Assembly: GCA_043228905.1 (NCBI GenBank) | Contig: JBHGNT010000010.1 | Span: forward strand, 3,534,001 to 3,598,000 | Direction of reading: 5' to 3' | Length of the DNA stretch: 64,000 nucleotides | DNA from: Azolla caroliniana | Taxonomy: Eukaryota; Plantae; Polypodiophyta | In this document: positions 1 to 13,694 of the stretch, in pieces | Position numbering within the stretch: position 1 is the stretch's first letter | How the letters are laid out: every line of letters starts with the position of its first letter | Notes under the pieces: generated by a model | What the model was told of the DNA's origin: nothing | Database searches by the model: none | Seen by the model: only the letters and a program-made list of their open reading frames with translations | Program-made: the position numbers and the translations under genes

Positions 1-1233
1 CATCCATGTATATAGTCTAGAGTACATGTCAAACCTTTGAAGACTTTTTAAGGTCTAGAAATGGGAGGCACCTCAATTCAATAGGTCACCTACCCAATAT
101 CAATAAGTGAGTTCAGCATTTATATGCTTCATAGACAATGTTGTTCCTCGATCTATAATTGTTATCTTATAAATTATTGTGTTAATCTCGTTGTAGGTAC
201 ATGCAATATGTTGTATACTTTTGACGATAAAAATAATGTCATCACGCATCCATCACTGATTTTTCTTTACAATAATGGCCCACTTTGCAGATCTCGTTCT
301 ACATTACCTACTTAATGAATTGAAGTTTGTAAATAGATTAAGGGTTGAGAAGCTGCCAGTCACCATTGCTTGAGCTAATAAAAGTATGTATGAAGAACTC
401 CAATTATCCTAATTATATAGGTGAAAGACCAAACAAGCAATATTTGAGTCGTGACTTGTGTCCTCTAACATTTTATTCACTCATAATAAATACTTGAGTT
501 GGCCAAGGTTCCTGTTGGTTTTACTAAACATGGAAGCTAACATCTTGAATTTGGATCCATGATATGAGGCCACTATAGGTCATACACGTAAATTTAAAAT
601 GTTATATAACCTACTTTTCCAATATTTTAAAATGGAAGGTAGATTTTTTGTCATGCCCCTTATGTTCTCTTGTTTCAATAAAGCTATATATCTTAAAGAG
701 CACAATTCATGAATTTTAACATCGGACACAATTAATGTGTCATAGAAGGGAGAGCAAAGCACAGATGTACATTTTTTTATGGTTGTGAATTGTTGGATAT
801 CATGTATCGCCTCCTTTTCATCAAGTGTGTTGCTGCGTCACGTATTGTTTTCTCTCTTTAACTTTCTTTTCTAAAGGGACTAGTTAATGGAAGCCTTTGT
901 GAAATGTCTCATGCTGTATAGATTCATTTTCTACGAAATTCAAGTGGTTGATTTGTATGTTTGGCTACAATTATCCATTAGTTAGTTGTTCACGTGTTCC
1001 AAGTGACACATGCATTTTATGTGAAGGAATAAGCAAGAATTTCTTCCTCCAATGGAGACCCTCAACAGGAACATCTTTTCAAGTGAGACAAGCACCGACT
1101 TTTGTTTCTTGTCATTGATTTAGGATATACATATGATGTGTAAAAACATAAAGAAGTACTACAGAAATATAATAGTGTGGCATTTCATTCTTCTTTATGT
1201 CCATGTGCAACTTTCAAAAAAACGAGCCTTTGT

Positions 1234-1407
1234 CTTTCACCATTGTTTGTTGATTATATATATGATATTATAGATGCGAATCCTTTCAAAATAGTACAGT
1301 ATAAAATACAGAAAACAACTCTTTCAACATTGTTTGTTGATTATATATATGATATTACAGATGCGAATCCTTTCAAAATAGAATAGTATAAAATACAGAA
1401 AACAACT
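1234..1407. repeat. 87-bp tandem duplication (2 copies, 1234-1320 and 1321-1407)
   Basis: CTTTCA(C/A)CATTGTTTGTTGATTATATATATGATATTA...AAAATACAGAAAACAACT is repeated back-to-back with few substitutions. Confidence 0.9.
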
Positions 1408-1750
1408 CTTGACATCCTCATCGAACACAAGACACAAGAATAGGATCCCAATGCCCACTCATGTTTGAGCTCTGCTCCCCATGAGAGTAATTTGATGTAT
1501 CATGAAGTGGGATTTAAAATAAAAACAAGAACAATATGAATATATGCTTTCTTGATAATCCATCATATATCCAACAAGTATTAGAGCCAATTTGAAATAT
1601 GAAACCAAGTCTAAAGGTTGAATAACCGTTGGAATTCTATGAGGCAAAATTACATTAAAGGGTGTGTTATTCAAAGGTCAAAGATATGATGATCCTTCCA
1701 TTCCACTTTGTTATTCTCTAAATTAAGAAAACACTAATCCTTCACACTAA

Positions 1751-2395
1751 AGAACACATTAAACCATAATGGCACAATTAACCGTACACGCACATCGAGA
1801 TTATAAGATAAATGCGGGTACATATAGGTCAAGATTGATGACGTGGTGATCAAAGGTAGAACATTGTTATGGAGTATGATATTTAGACTCATGAACTTGT
1901 TCAAGGAGAAGTATGCACAATTAATTAATCTCTTTGTTTGTGTGTTTCCGAGTCACTTGCCGCCGTCCCTGCGGTGTAGGCCCTAGGAGGTGTCTCATAC
2001 TAGCCAAAATTGACGGGCACCATTTTTAGCTATAGGTATCTGCTTATATTGAGTAGTCAACCCGGTATGCTAAGTAACTAATCTCATTTTCTTGTACTTG
2101 TTTGGAGGGAGATTTCTCGATTTGTATATAAGCCTCGTGTGCAGTCTTTTTGTAATAATCCTTCCTAACTAATGGGAAAGTAGCTTCATTTTGGAGAAAA
2201 ACAGAACACATTAAACCATAATGGCACAATTAACCGTACACGCACACCGAGATTATAAGATAAATGCGGGTACATATAGGTCAAGATTGATGACATGGTG
2301 ATCAAAGGTAGAACATTGTTATGGAGTATGATATTTAGACTCATGAACTTGTTCAAGGAGAAGTATGCACAATCAATTAATCTCTTTGTTTGTGT
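1751..2395. repeat. ~193-bp near-identical direct repeats (1751-1943 and 2203-2395) flanking a unique insert
   Basis: AGAACACATTAAACCATAATGGCACAATTAACCGTACACGCACA...AATCTCTTTGTTTGTGT occurs twice with only a few differences. Confidence 0.9.
1943..2203 (+). mobile_element. Solo-LTR-like insert (~261 bp)
   Basis: Starts TGTTT and ends AAACA (TG...CA with a 5-bp inverted terminus). It contains TATATAA and a downstream TGTAATAA, and its 5' part is more GC-rich than the flanks. Confidence 0.4.
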
Positions 2396-5300
2396 CATAA
2401 CACACTTTGAAAAGAATGTGAGCTAAGTTGTATGGAAACAATGTACAAAGGGTGGACAAAGGGATGGTTTTTGGCCTAGCTTGTATCGGCGATTGCAAAT
2501 TGTCTATTCAAAGAAGAAGAAGATTTCATGGTTTGGCTCAATATATGCAATACAATGTGTGAAGCGTGAGCCTTTGCATCTCTCCTAAATAGTAAGAAAC
2601 AATCATGGTACATCCCATTCTCAAAAACATTTTATCATAACTTGCACCCATCAAAACTCGCATTTTTGCTTATGTGGGAGTATTCAGTTTTTTGCTTGCT
2701 TCCAATGTAATTTTAGGAAATCAATGTCACAATCTTTTTGGACCTTCTCCATGTACTCAACAACTCTTTCTATGCCCATGATCTTAATGGAAAGTGATCT
2801 AATCTCATGAAGAAGGAGCATTTGTTAACATTTCTATGCCAACTTTAAGAAACTTCTTAAGAAAAGGTTTTGGAGATTTTCAACCTCTTCCCAAATGGAC
2901 TTAAAGATGTTACCACACCATAGAGTAGCATTTTTATCACCAATGTGTCAAAGACATACTTCATGAGAGCATGATTTTTGATTAATCTTGTCATTGCATT
3001 GTTAAATATGTAGCACGATCCATAAAGATAACAACATTGGCAAGACTAAGAAAAAAAAGGGATAGAACAAATTTGTTTTGGCAAAATGGCCACCCAAATG
3101 TGAAAAGGGACAAACCCTATGTAAAAAAGCAATAGACATTTTTTTTATTACTTTATTACTTATTCTTCCATCTTTAGTTTTGACCCAGTAATAGTCTAAG
3201 CATGAGCTAGCTCTCTCCTTCCCCTTGGTTCCACGTAAATCTTAGTGAGTTGAGTGATAGGTTTAGTGTTAAATAGCCAAACCTTACTCACTTCTTTCTT
3301 TGTATGTGTTGTGTGACATTCTTAATCAATTGAGGTGTGGCTATTGCTATTACTAATAAACTATTGTTTTAGGATTAAAAGTTTTCCAAGACATTCAATG
3401 AGCTTTTGTACATCTCCTAAAGTGTTTGTTAAAACATCACATCAGCCACACATTAAGAACTTATTGAATGGAGTTTCTTTACATAAAGGCCACTTTGTGG
3501 AATCCAAGATAAGGTCTACCTATTTAGGGGTGAGCTGAGCAAGGGGTGTCAATTGTTCTTAACATACCGACAAGTGTTAAACACTTTATTGAAATAACTT
3601 AATTAGAATCACAATAAATTTAACACAACTCGTTTAACTAAATAAAGAAGAGGAAATGAGAAGAAGGAATAACCCACACATTAGATTATTTTATTTCACT
3701 TTGCACATTACAAGATATTAGTGCAAGGATTAGTGTAAATCCCTTAACACTAATTGTTGGGTCCACACACACAAACACAAAGCCCAATCCTAAAGTTGGG
3801 AAGCTATGCCCTTTTCTTTATACATCTTCGCGTTCAATGTTATATTGATGGCAATACCACCAAAAAGGTATGATGAGTGAAGCATAAGATAAGTTCTTAA
3901 CATATATAACAAAAGCACGATAATTGCAATCCTAGTCATGAATCATAACTTCTTCAATGAAATATTGCCCTATTATTAATTCATTGAGCATTTGCTAAAA
4001 TTCATCAATGCATCAACCAAATAGAGTTGGTGAGGGTGGGCGTTTTTGCCCAACATCAATAATGTTAGTGAAAAAAATGTATTTCCATTTCGACATACAC
4101 TTGCCATGCTACCTTCTCATAAATGTTAGAAATTGCAGGCACACTGGTATTGCAAGTTCTTCCATGGATCTCCAAAACTGTTCAGGGGGCACCATATTAA
4201 AACCTTCCTTAAAAGTCTATAAAGCAACAATAAAATCATTTACTATTTAAATGACTTAATTCATTTGCATTCAAAGAATAACAATGTGGTCAATGGTGTT
4301 AAGACGTTTTTGAAAAAATTGTTTAACTTTTATGCCATATTACTACTCTGTTTAGCACGTGTACTTATTTTTTCTTCCATCACTTTGCCATAAGAGAGTG
4401 GACTATGACTAGATAAATGTTGTAGAAATCAATGCATGTATTTGAAAGGTTGGGTGGAACCACCAAGGTTCGAGAACTAGGGAAGGCAAGGTTGAATATT
4501 GTGTGTTTAAAGTTTGTTAAAGTTGAACATTTATGATGATGGAAAGTCCCCCTCCAACTATTTTGCTTATTGGTATGTGTAGGAGCACTTTAGAATTGCC
4601 CTCGTTGAATGTGTGCATATGGGTGCATAAGTATGAATTAACTTGCCCTAATGTTGCTTGTATGGGGAATGTGTGCTCGTGCTTGTGGATGCCTGAGAAG
4701 GTGCCAAAGTGTGTTTTTGCGATTGAAAGTTGCGCATATGTGTTTGTGTCCATATATGTATGCACTTAGTGTTGAGTCCTTTGGTTTTCGTACTTATATT
4801 CACTTGTGAGTGATTGTATATGTTTGTGCCAAAGGGCGTGGCGTATAAAGGTGTATGCGTGAATGATTACATCTATGTGTGAGAGCAAATGTGGATGTGT
4901 TTGCTCTCGTGTGTATGTGTGCACATAATGACTCATGTATGTGCTTTTGTGTGTAGTAATGCCTCAATATATATGTGTGAGTAAACATGTATATATACAT
5001 GTGTATGATAAGAACAAGGGGGCGTTTTAAGATAAAGTAATGAGTGTGCTTAGGTTCACATGTATGTAGTTGTCTAAACACATGAGTTTATGTGGAAATA
5101 CATTTGTGTGTTGCTAGAAAAGTGAGGGTGGGAGTTTTGTAATTGTATGTTGCCACTTACGTGATTGTGTATATGTGTGTGGTTAAATGTAATTATATGT
5201 AATTATATGTGTGTAGGTTGGGGGAGGAAGTGACACTAAACAAGATATTGGGGCGAAGGTATTCTAGAAACATAAAGTTCCCTACCTCTCCATGTTCATG

Positions 5301-8228
5301 GGTAAGGTTCTTGAGGGGGTTAGGTTGTGTGTGAGAGGGAGAAGTAGGGGGGTATATTGGTGTGAAGTCTAGGCTTGGATAGTCAAGGGGTAAGGCTTGG
5401 CAGTGTGGTTTGGGACAAAGACATTGGGCATCAACAATTGCAAGAATTTGCAACTATTGTTGCGTTGATGAGCGACAAGACCATCACACACTATTTACCT
5501 GCTTCTCGATTGAAGAGCATCTCTCTGTTGCTAGCTCTAGGCCTTTTAGCTAAGGCTTACATAATGTTGATTTAGGAACTTCGTCTTAATTAGGGCTGAT
5601 TTCTTAAATTGACCTAGAGCTAATTGAGGGGGGTGTCCCTAGGTCCAAATAGGGGGTTACTCACGAGTCACATATGAAATAGGGGGTCCTTTGAGACTAA
5701 AAAGAGGGGTTGGGGGGTTGGGCTAGGGTTGAAATGAAACTCCTAACATATTTTACCATGGAAGGGAAAAGAAAAGAACACTTCCAATGCTTGGATTTGG
5801 TCCCACAAATTCCGTCAAGACCGTTAGGGAGTGACTTAGTGGTAGAGTGTCAATCACTTAGAAGCATAGGTTTGAATCCTGCCTCCCAACAAAGTACCTT
5901 GATAAGTAACCACCAAGTTCCTCAATTGAGAGAAAATGAATTTCCACAATTACTGTGCTTAAGTATATACCAAAGTGGCCCTTCATTACTTTGAGCCACA
6001 CCATGCACACATTGAATGATAAACCCCCAACATATAGTTTGGAATAAATTGCTATGGTATCTATAAAAACCCCATCTTACATTAAATTTTGAGGGAAGGT
6101 GAATCCATATCTACAAGAGGTTTAAGAATATCAGAACCCTTTTGCTTAAATAGAGAAACGATTAGGATGAGAAGGATTTTTCGAGGGATATCCTTGAGTT
6201 TCAACATATAGCAATGCTAAGATTAACAACAATGTTGCCTTGGTTGTGATAGGCCTCCCATGCACCCTTGTACCCCATTATTCCAATTGTTGGGGCAAAG
6301 TTGGACAATCAAATCACTTGTTAGCTTATAGAATTATAATTGATCTAAAACATTGCACGAAAGGATTGGGCCAACATAAATTGTTTTGACAAATGCAAAG
6401 AGACTCCATCACTATTCTTGGGTTATATGTGATCCACTTATTTATCTCTCACTTTATGTCAAGATTTTATCCAATTTCCACTTTGACTATGGTTCATCTC
6501 ATGTTGTAGTATAAGATAAAAACATATTAGTTACCCACAAATGTGTTTCCCCCATTTTATGTTGCAAGGCTCTCTTCCGGCATATAGATCCTTAATACGT
6601 GTTTTAAGCCCAAAAAACAAAATGCAATTCTTGACTAGATCACTTGACTTGGTTTGATTTTATACAAATTCCTTCATCTACTTAACACGTATCTTTAATA
6701 TTATTTGATAGAACCCATATAGATATGAAATTACATGGATGACATACTACCTCGTTTTCATAGACATAACAATGAACTGACTTTGAGAAACCAAATATGA
6801 AAACCGAGAAATAACAAAGACGCAAATATTAAGAGTAAGTTATAAATCTTAATTAAATAAGACTTTACGATTACACTTTCAAAACCAACTCATAAATGTG
6901 GCACGTACATCGTATATTTTTGGCATTGATGTGTGGACGTAAAGTAATAAATAAAAAATATAATGTTCTTGCATCTTATCTACCCGCACTGGAACACATG
7001 GACATGAAGACAATGAAAGCCAACAAACAACAATTATATGTGGGGTTGTTGTTAATTAATTAGGATTAAGAAAAAGCTCAAAGTTAATGATACACATGAT
7101 GTCCAAATTTGCAATGCCACCCATTAGAAGATGTCGCCTCCATGAGTGGGCATGCATAAACAATGAGACATTTGGTCAACGTAACATGGAATTTCAAAGT
7201 GGTGTTAGAAGTAAAACAATTACCAAATTCAATCTTGAATCTCATGACCGGGACTCCTGTAAACTTGATCCCCTAGAGCTTTTTCGCTACATGCAAATAT
7301 AACATCGTCAATTTTGACAACATGATCAAATGAAGCATAAAACATTGAGGACATACGTGAGTAGCATTCTTCACTTGCTTTATAAAAGTTTCATTAAGGT
7401 GATGCGATGAGCACTTTAGGTTGTAACATATACCTTTTTGTCATAAACCAAGTTTTTAATACTGTCATTTACATACAATCAGCCACATGAAAATGAATTA
7501 CCACTCAATAAAAGCTTCAAAAGCCAGTAGCATTTGCTAAGGTCAAATCTTGATGACAACATATCAATTGAATGTATGAGGGAGAGAGAGATGGGGAAAA
7601 GAATGATTCGAATGGGACATGCTTTTTCAATACAATGGTTAAGAATACCAAACACAAAGGCTGGCATGGTCAATTGCTAAGCCATTTGGATTGTTATATC
7701 ACATTGTTAACAAGGATAGCTTTGTCAACCTTCCAATGTGTTTTCACATCACGTACTAGAGCTTTTCCCTCCCCACTATATAGAACAATATTTAACGACC
7801 TTAGGTATTGGGGTTTGCGGTACAATCGAAGTATACGAAATCAATTCTTGTTTGATTGTCTCCATGAAATACCATAACTATTAGGTAGTAGCAATCCCTC
7901 AATGGAGTTACCTTTATGTTAGCTAATCGTACACCACCGTGCAGAGCTTATCTTGCCATAAAATCCTCACTATCATAAGAAGGACTAGGGTTCTTGTGGT
8001 ATTGTGATTGTATGTATTGCATGGTTTATCATTGTTTTGAAGTTTCACAAGCATAACCCTTGTTATGGAGTTGTTGACAATTGACTTAATATCCATACAA
8101 AAGTTTCAAAATACACTCATAAGCTTTTATACATGTAAATAATTAGATAACTAACTAAGGGTTAATTAGTGTTTAATTAGGTGAGTAGTTAATAACGTAT
8201 GTGATTAAGCAACGGAAGGTTAGGTGAT

Positions 8229-8256
8229 ATGTGTGTGTGTGTGTGTGTGTGTGTGT
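8229..8256. repeat. (TG)n microsatellite
   Basis: Direct reading of the sequence. Confidence 0.95.
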
Positions 8257-8439
8257 ATGAGAGAAAGAGAGGAAGTACACTTCGGAACAATAAGACAAGA
8301 TGGGGGATGATTAACACAAGTGTAGCTCAAGGAACTCTGGCTTGTATTATAAAAAAAACATTAAGTTACAAAAATACCCACAATGAGGTATATATACATA
8401 TCATGTGCAAGGGTGCACATGTGTGAGGAGAATATAGGT

Positions 8440-9540
8440 ACAAGGATGGAAGTCCTATATTAAATGTACTTGGTAGTGGAGGATATAGAATGTATCCATA
8501 CTTAAGTACAAGTATAAAATCCTATCAATGGCTTTGAAGTCAACATACTAACTAGATTCTATGTATGTCACTACTAAGTTACACATTTGATAAAATAACT
8601 AAACCTAGTTAACAAAATTCCTAAGCCTAGTTGAGCTTGATATCTCAACAATACATCTACTACAACATTTAAAAAAAGTGCCACATCATCTCCATTTGTG
8701 AAGAACGTTTTGCAGTATTTTCATGCTCCCACTTCTTCTTCTTCTTCTTCCTCGTCATCGTATTCTTCTTCCCTAGACCCATTTACACGTAAGTATGTGC
8801 ATCCCCAATGATAAATTCCATGATGCATCATTGCTCATTTGTTCCAACTTCCAACTTTATCAATGCATGAACCAGAGAGAGATGGTGAGAACGGACCTTC
8901 TTGCTTAAAACTAATAATGTTACTAAAAAAAACTAAAATTCTATGTAACATGCACACATAACGTATCACATTCTTATAAATCCAAGAAATTACAACCACA
9001 TAATCATTTGGTATCCTCTATAGTTTGATGCATCTCCATAGATGCTCATGGGCTACCACATCAAGAGCTTTCTTGAAGTTTACGAAGCAAAATATTATCC
9101 TTTACCTTTCAATAGATTTTCCTTCATTAACACTTATGTTGTTTTCAAAAACCAACTTGTCCATAAGTCCTCTCACAACTCTTTTGAGCTCATACACTTA
9201 AGTTAGCTTCAATTTTACATCCAAATAGATTTTCATGAGAGAACTTGCCATTATTATCTAATAGTTGTTTATGTTATTTTTGTCTCCCACCCACTTTATG
9301 TAAAGGTTTCCTTCAATTTGAATAGTGATGCAAGCAATGTCATAATTACAATTAAACATGTCAGTGATCCAAACACATACTACATGATACCTTGATATAC
9401 CTCCTCTTGTCAATTTGAGCATTTCGGCTCTCATACCTTGAAGGTCTTGTGCCTTTTGAGAGACCAATTGCTTAAGTCTTATGCATAGAACCTCAACAGT
9501 AAAACAATAAGATGTGTGAAACAGAACCAAAACACATTCA
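8440..9540 (-). mobile_element. Degenerate non-LTR retrotransposon (LINE, RTE-like) reverse transcriptase remnant
   Basis: Minus-strand fragments occur in LINE-RT order: GDKNNINNY*IIM (~9260), GQVGF (~9155), IFCFVNFKKALDVV (~9060-9095; cf. FVDFKKAFD), KQEGPFSPSL (~8880-8905; cf. KQGCPLSP) and DDVAL (~8680). There are many stops and frameshifts, and the boundaries are approximate. Confidence 0.7.
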
Positions 9541-9569
9541 TATTTCCCTCATTTAATTGATTGAATAAG

Positions 9570-10017
9570 TGTCAGAACCAAGACAGAAGATCGAGTGACA
9601 GAAGAAAGATATAAAGAGATCACAAGAAGAAAGGAATGAAATGATAAGAGAAGAATGAATGTATTAAAGTAGAATGAGAATGGATACAAGATAGGCGATG
9701 AGAGCTTAAGACCGGTGTTGATTCGAATTGATTTGAGAATACATGTATGCCCCTATTTATAGGTTCCTATAGAATAGCCTAGAGATTTCAATAATGTTGT
9801 CGAATGTTCTAGACCTAGAATATTCTAAGATGTTCTAGGATATTCTAGAATGTTCTAGAATGTTCCAGAGTATTTACAATAATCAATGTATTACAAGAAG
9901 TAGCTTTTATCATCTCATATGATCATAGGCTATCTTAATGGTTGGGTTCTTGATTATGTATTACAAGGTCTTGGGTTCAAGCCTAGGTGAAGCCATGATA
10001 TTCATGTATTCATGACA
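9570..10017 (-). repeat. 3' LTR of the chromovirus (448 bp)
   Basis: TGTCAGAACC...CATGACA matches 14863-15311 and is adjacent to the PPT. Confidence 0.95.
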
Positions 10018-13000
10018 CTATCTCCCCTTCGAGAACGACAAGTGGAAGTCGGCGTTAACAATGTAGGGCCCGATTTGTTTGGATAGCAACGATGGAAGTC
10101 GTCGACAAGAGCTTGAGCATTAGAAACATTATTGACGGGTTCCCAAGTGCGATCACTCGGAGGATAGCCTACCCAATCAACAAGATAATAGAGCTTATTG
10201 TGCACAATCTTAGAATCAAGAATAGTAGCTACCTCATACCTCATATTCGGGGCTGTCAACAAGTTGGACATAGAATCAAGAATAGTAGCTACCTCATACC
10301 TCATATTCGGGGCCGTCAGCAAGTTGGACAGGGGGCGGAGGTGGCATGACTCGATTCAGAATGGAAGAGGTGCGAGAAGGTTCCAAAAGAGAGCTATGAA
10401 AGACTGGGTGAAGCCGCATGTGTGTAGGAAGGTTAGGATCAAAGGTTGCATCATTAATCCGCACCATGATGAGAAAAGGACCTAAATGTTGATAATCGAG
10501 TTTCTCACAGTGTTGGGTAGTCTTGATGTGACGACAAAGCGACCATACTCGGTCACCAACCTTAAAAGGACACTTAAGACGATGTCGATCTGCATTAGTC
10601 TTATGTTGTGCTTGAGCTGTCTGAAGATGTGAAGATAACACTAACTGGATCCGATGTAGTCGATGAAGGTGATGCTCAACACTAGGGTTTTGTGCGACCT
10701 TGGGAAGATCTAGGATACACCATCGAGGATGGTTGCCGGTGTAGGCAAAGAAAGGTGACAACAACCTTGGTAGAAGAGTAAAATATTACTCCAATCATCT
10801 TGTTGATAATTGATGAAGCAACGAAGATAATGCTCGAGCGTTTGATTTGTGCGCTTTGTTTGTCCGTCGGTTTGTGGATGATAAGCCGAAGAGAGTTTGC
10901 AAGAAATTTTGAGGCCTGTCCATAGGTGCTTCCAAAAGTAAGAGATAAATTGAGGACCACGATCGCTAATTGTATTGTTTGGAAGACCATGATGTCAAAA
11001 CACTTCACACATAATGAGATCTACGGTTTCCTGACTACTGATGCTCTTTACACATGGTAAAAAATGCACCATCTTGGTAAATCGATCAATTACTATTAAA
11101 ATAGTATCAAATCCTTTTGAAGGTGGCAGATTTGTAATGAAATCCATAGAAATAGACTACCATGGCTTAGTTGGAGGCGGTAATGGTTGTAACAAGCCAT
11201 AAGGATTATGCTTGTGTCTTTTGGCTTGGCAACATGTGTCACATGTACGAACATAATCTTCGACAAAGTTTTGCAAATGAGGCCACCAAAACGAGTGCTT
11301 CACCAACTCCATGGTCTTGGCAATTCCAAAATGTCCAGCGATAGGGGCATCATGACAATACTCCAATACTTGAAGGCGGGGTGATCCATCAGGGACGTAA
11401 AGGAGATTCTTGTAAAAGAGTAAGCCATCTTGCCATTTGAATTCCTGATAGTATTGAGATGGCCCTTCCAATGTGAGCAAGATGCATGGCTTGGACTAAT
11501 GTGGGCTAAGACATCCTTAGCGAAATCATCATCAGAGTGAAGTCGTTGCTGAATAGTATCCACAAGGCTTGATTCAAGTGGCGTGGCATAAACTGTTGTT
11601 GCTTGTAGCTTTGATGGTCCTAGGAGAATTTGCTTTTGATTGTCGAAGGCTGGATCTCCAGGCCGAAGTGCGAGATATGATTGCTGAGACAGAGCATTCG
11701 CTTTCCCTTGTTGTTTCCTGGGGCGAAAAATGATCTTGAAATTAAAACGAGTTAGAAATGGTGCCCACCGAGCTTGTCTCCTATTTAACACTCAAGTCGT
11801 TTGAAAATACGTAAGATTTTTGTGATCACTATAAATGATGATTTGATGAGGCGATCCTGCCAATAAATGTCGTCATTGCTCGAAAGAGTCAACCACAGCT
11901 AATAACTCCTTGTCATGCACCTTGTAGTTTATCTTCGCAACAATAAATTTTCGCGAGTGAAACGCGACTAGATGGGACTGCATGTCCTTGCTTGGTTATG
12001 ATAGGATACTCCCCAATGCAAAGTCTGACGCATTCGCCTCAATAGTAAATGGCCTTTCAGGATCAATATGCACTAAGATAGGAGCTAATGTGAATGCCTT
12101 TTTGAGCTAAGTAAAGGTCGTGTCTACTTCATTAGTCCAAAGAAACTCTTGATCTTTCTTGGTGAGTTGGGTGAGAGGCAACACGATCTTTGAATAATTC
12201 CATATGAATTTGCGATAGAAATTAGCAAATCCGAGGAAACATTGGACGTCTCAAACAGAACGTGGGGGTTGCCATTCCAATATTGTTATGACTTTTGCTG
12301 GATCCATGAAGATACCCTTGGATGAAATAGTATAGCCCAATAATTCGACTTGTTTGCTGTCAAAACTGCACTTCTCAAGTTTGGCATACAGACCATACTT
12401 TTTGAAAGGTTCAAATACTTTCCGGGCATGTATATCATGCTCCTCTTATGTTTTCGAGTAAATCAGCAGATCATCTAAATAGATGATGAGAAAGATATCC
12501 AGAAAATCTCGAGAAATGTCATTTGCCATATGTTGGAAAACTGCGGGTGCATTTGTGAGCCCGAAAGGCATGACTAAAAATGACCATACCGAGTGCGAAA
12601 TGCAGTTTTCCATTGATCTCCCGGTCAATTTGAACTAGATTATATGCACCTCTTAAATCGATTTTTGTAAAATGCTTTGCCCCACCAATGCGCTCTTAAA
12701 GACTAGAGATTAAAGGTAGAACATACCTATTTCTTATGATGACTTTATTTAATTCCTAATAGTCCACGACCAAATGAAGATTACCGTCCTTCTTCTTCAC
12801 AAAAAATATGGGAGCACCAACTAGAGACTCTGAATGTCGAATGAACCCATGGGCAAGATTCTCCTCGATGTATTCTCGAAGAACCTCAAGCTAACTTGGT
12901 GATAGCTCTTTTCCTGGTTGAAGATCAATGGGATAGTCATACGACCGATGCTTTAGATGTACGCTAGCTTTGACTTTATCAAAGACATCCGCATATTCTT

Positions 13001-13560
13001 GATATTTTTTGGGAATTTGGATGTTTGAATTCCCTTGAGTGGCACTAGAAGGTGTCACTGATACTGTAAATAAGAAAAGTTATTGTTTTCCTCCCGCTTG
13101 GGACAATTATTGCAATGTAATGGTTTAGATTTGAGGAAAAGGAGATGGTGTAGTGCTAGAACTATATTCTTTAAAGGAAGAGTCTTGGGTTCAGTCCTTA
13201 GCAATGATGTTTTCTGATGAAGGGCACCAAATTTCTCGCCTCCTCCAATCTATTCTTGGGTTATGTAGCTCAAACCATGGCTAACCAAGGACAATTGGAT
13301 GCGCGGGGCTACTTTAAGGAAACTACACATCCTAAATCACCTAAGAGTATGTGTATTGGCTCATACACTTCGATTATCTCCCTGAAAGCTATGGGACGTC
13401 CATCAATCACTACCACAGAAACCGGGCAAGGAAGGGTATGCAAGGATATTTGATATTTTTGGGCAAAATCTCTATCCATGAAACAAGAATTCACACCGGT
13501 ATCTAAGACTCAAGCTTGGACCTAAAATTGACAACTCAGTGTCCTAACTTGTACTTGGGC
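10002..13560 (-). pseudogene. Gypsy pol (PR-RT-RH-INT-chromodomain), disrupted
   Basis: ORF fragments 13309-13494, 12446-12628, 11300-11791, 11157-11480, 10294-10764 and 10002-10322 carry the pol motifs but are broken by stops and frameshifts. Confidence 0.9.
10021..10030 (-). other. Polypurine tract (GAAGGGGAGA) of the chromovirus
   Basis: Purine run ending 3 nt before the 3' LTR on the minus strand. Confidence 0.85.
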
Positions 13561-13694
13561 TGAAAAGACTCTACTAACATGCTTGGAAGAAATGGAACCT
13601 ACACTAGGTTGTACAGATCTAGAGTTGTCCAGCCAAATGGCTCCTATTTTGGCCGGACTTATTCGTTTGGCTCCTCTTCTACTTGGCTTAGGAC

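Noticed and set aside
2400-8200. Scattered short ORFs and TG-rich tracts
   Set aside because: No recognisable domains or splice-consistent exon chain. They are likely decayed repeats that cannot be classified by eye.
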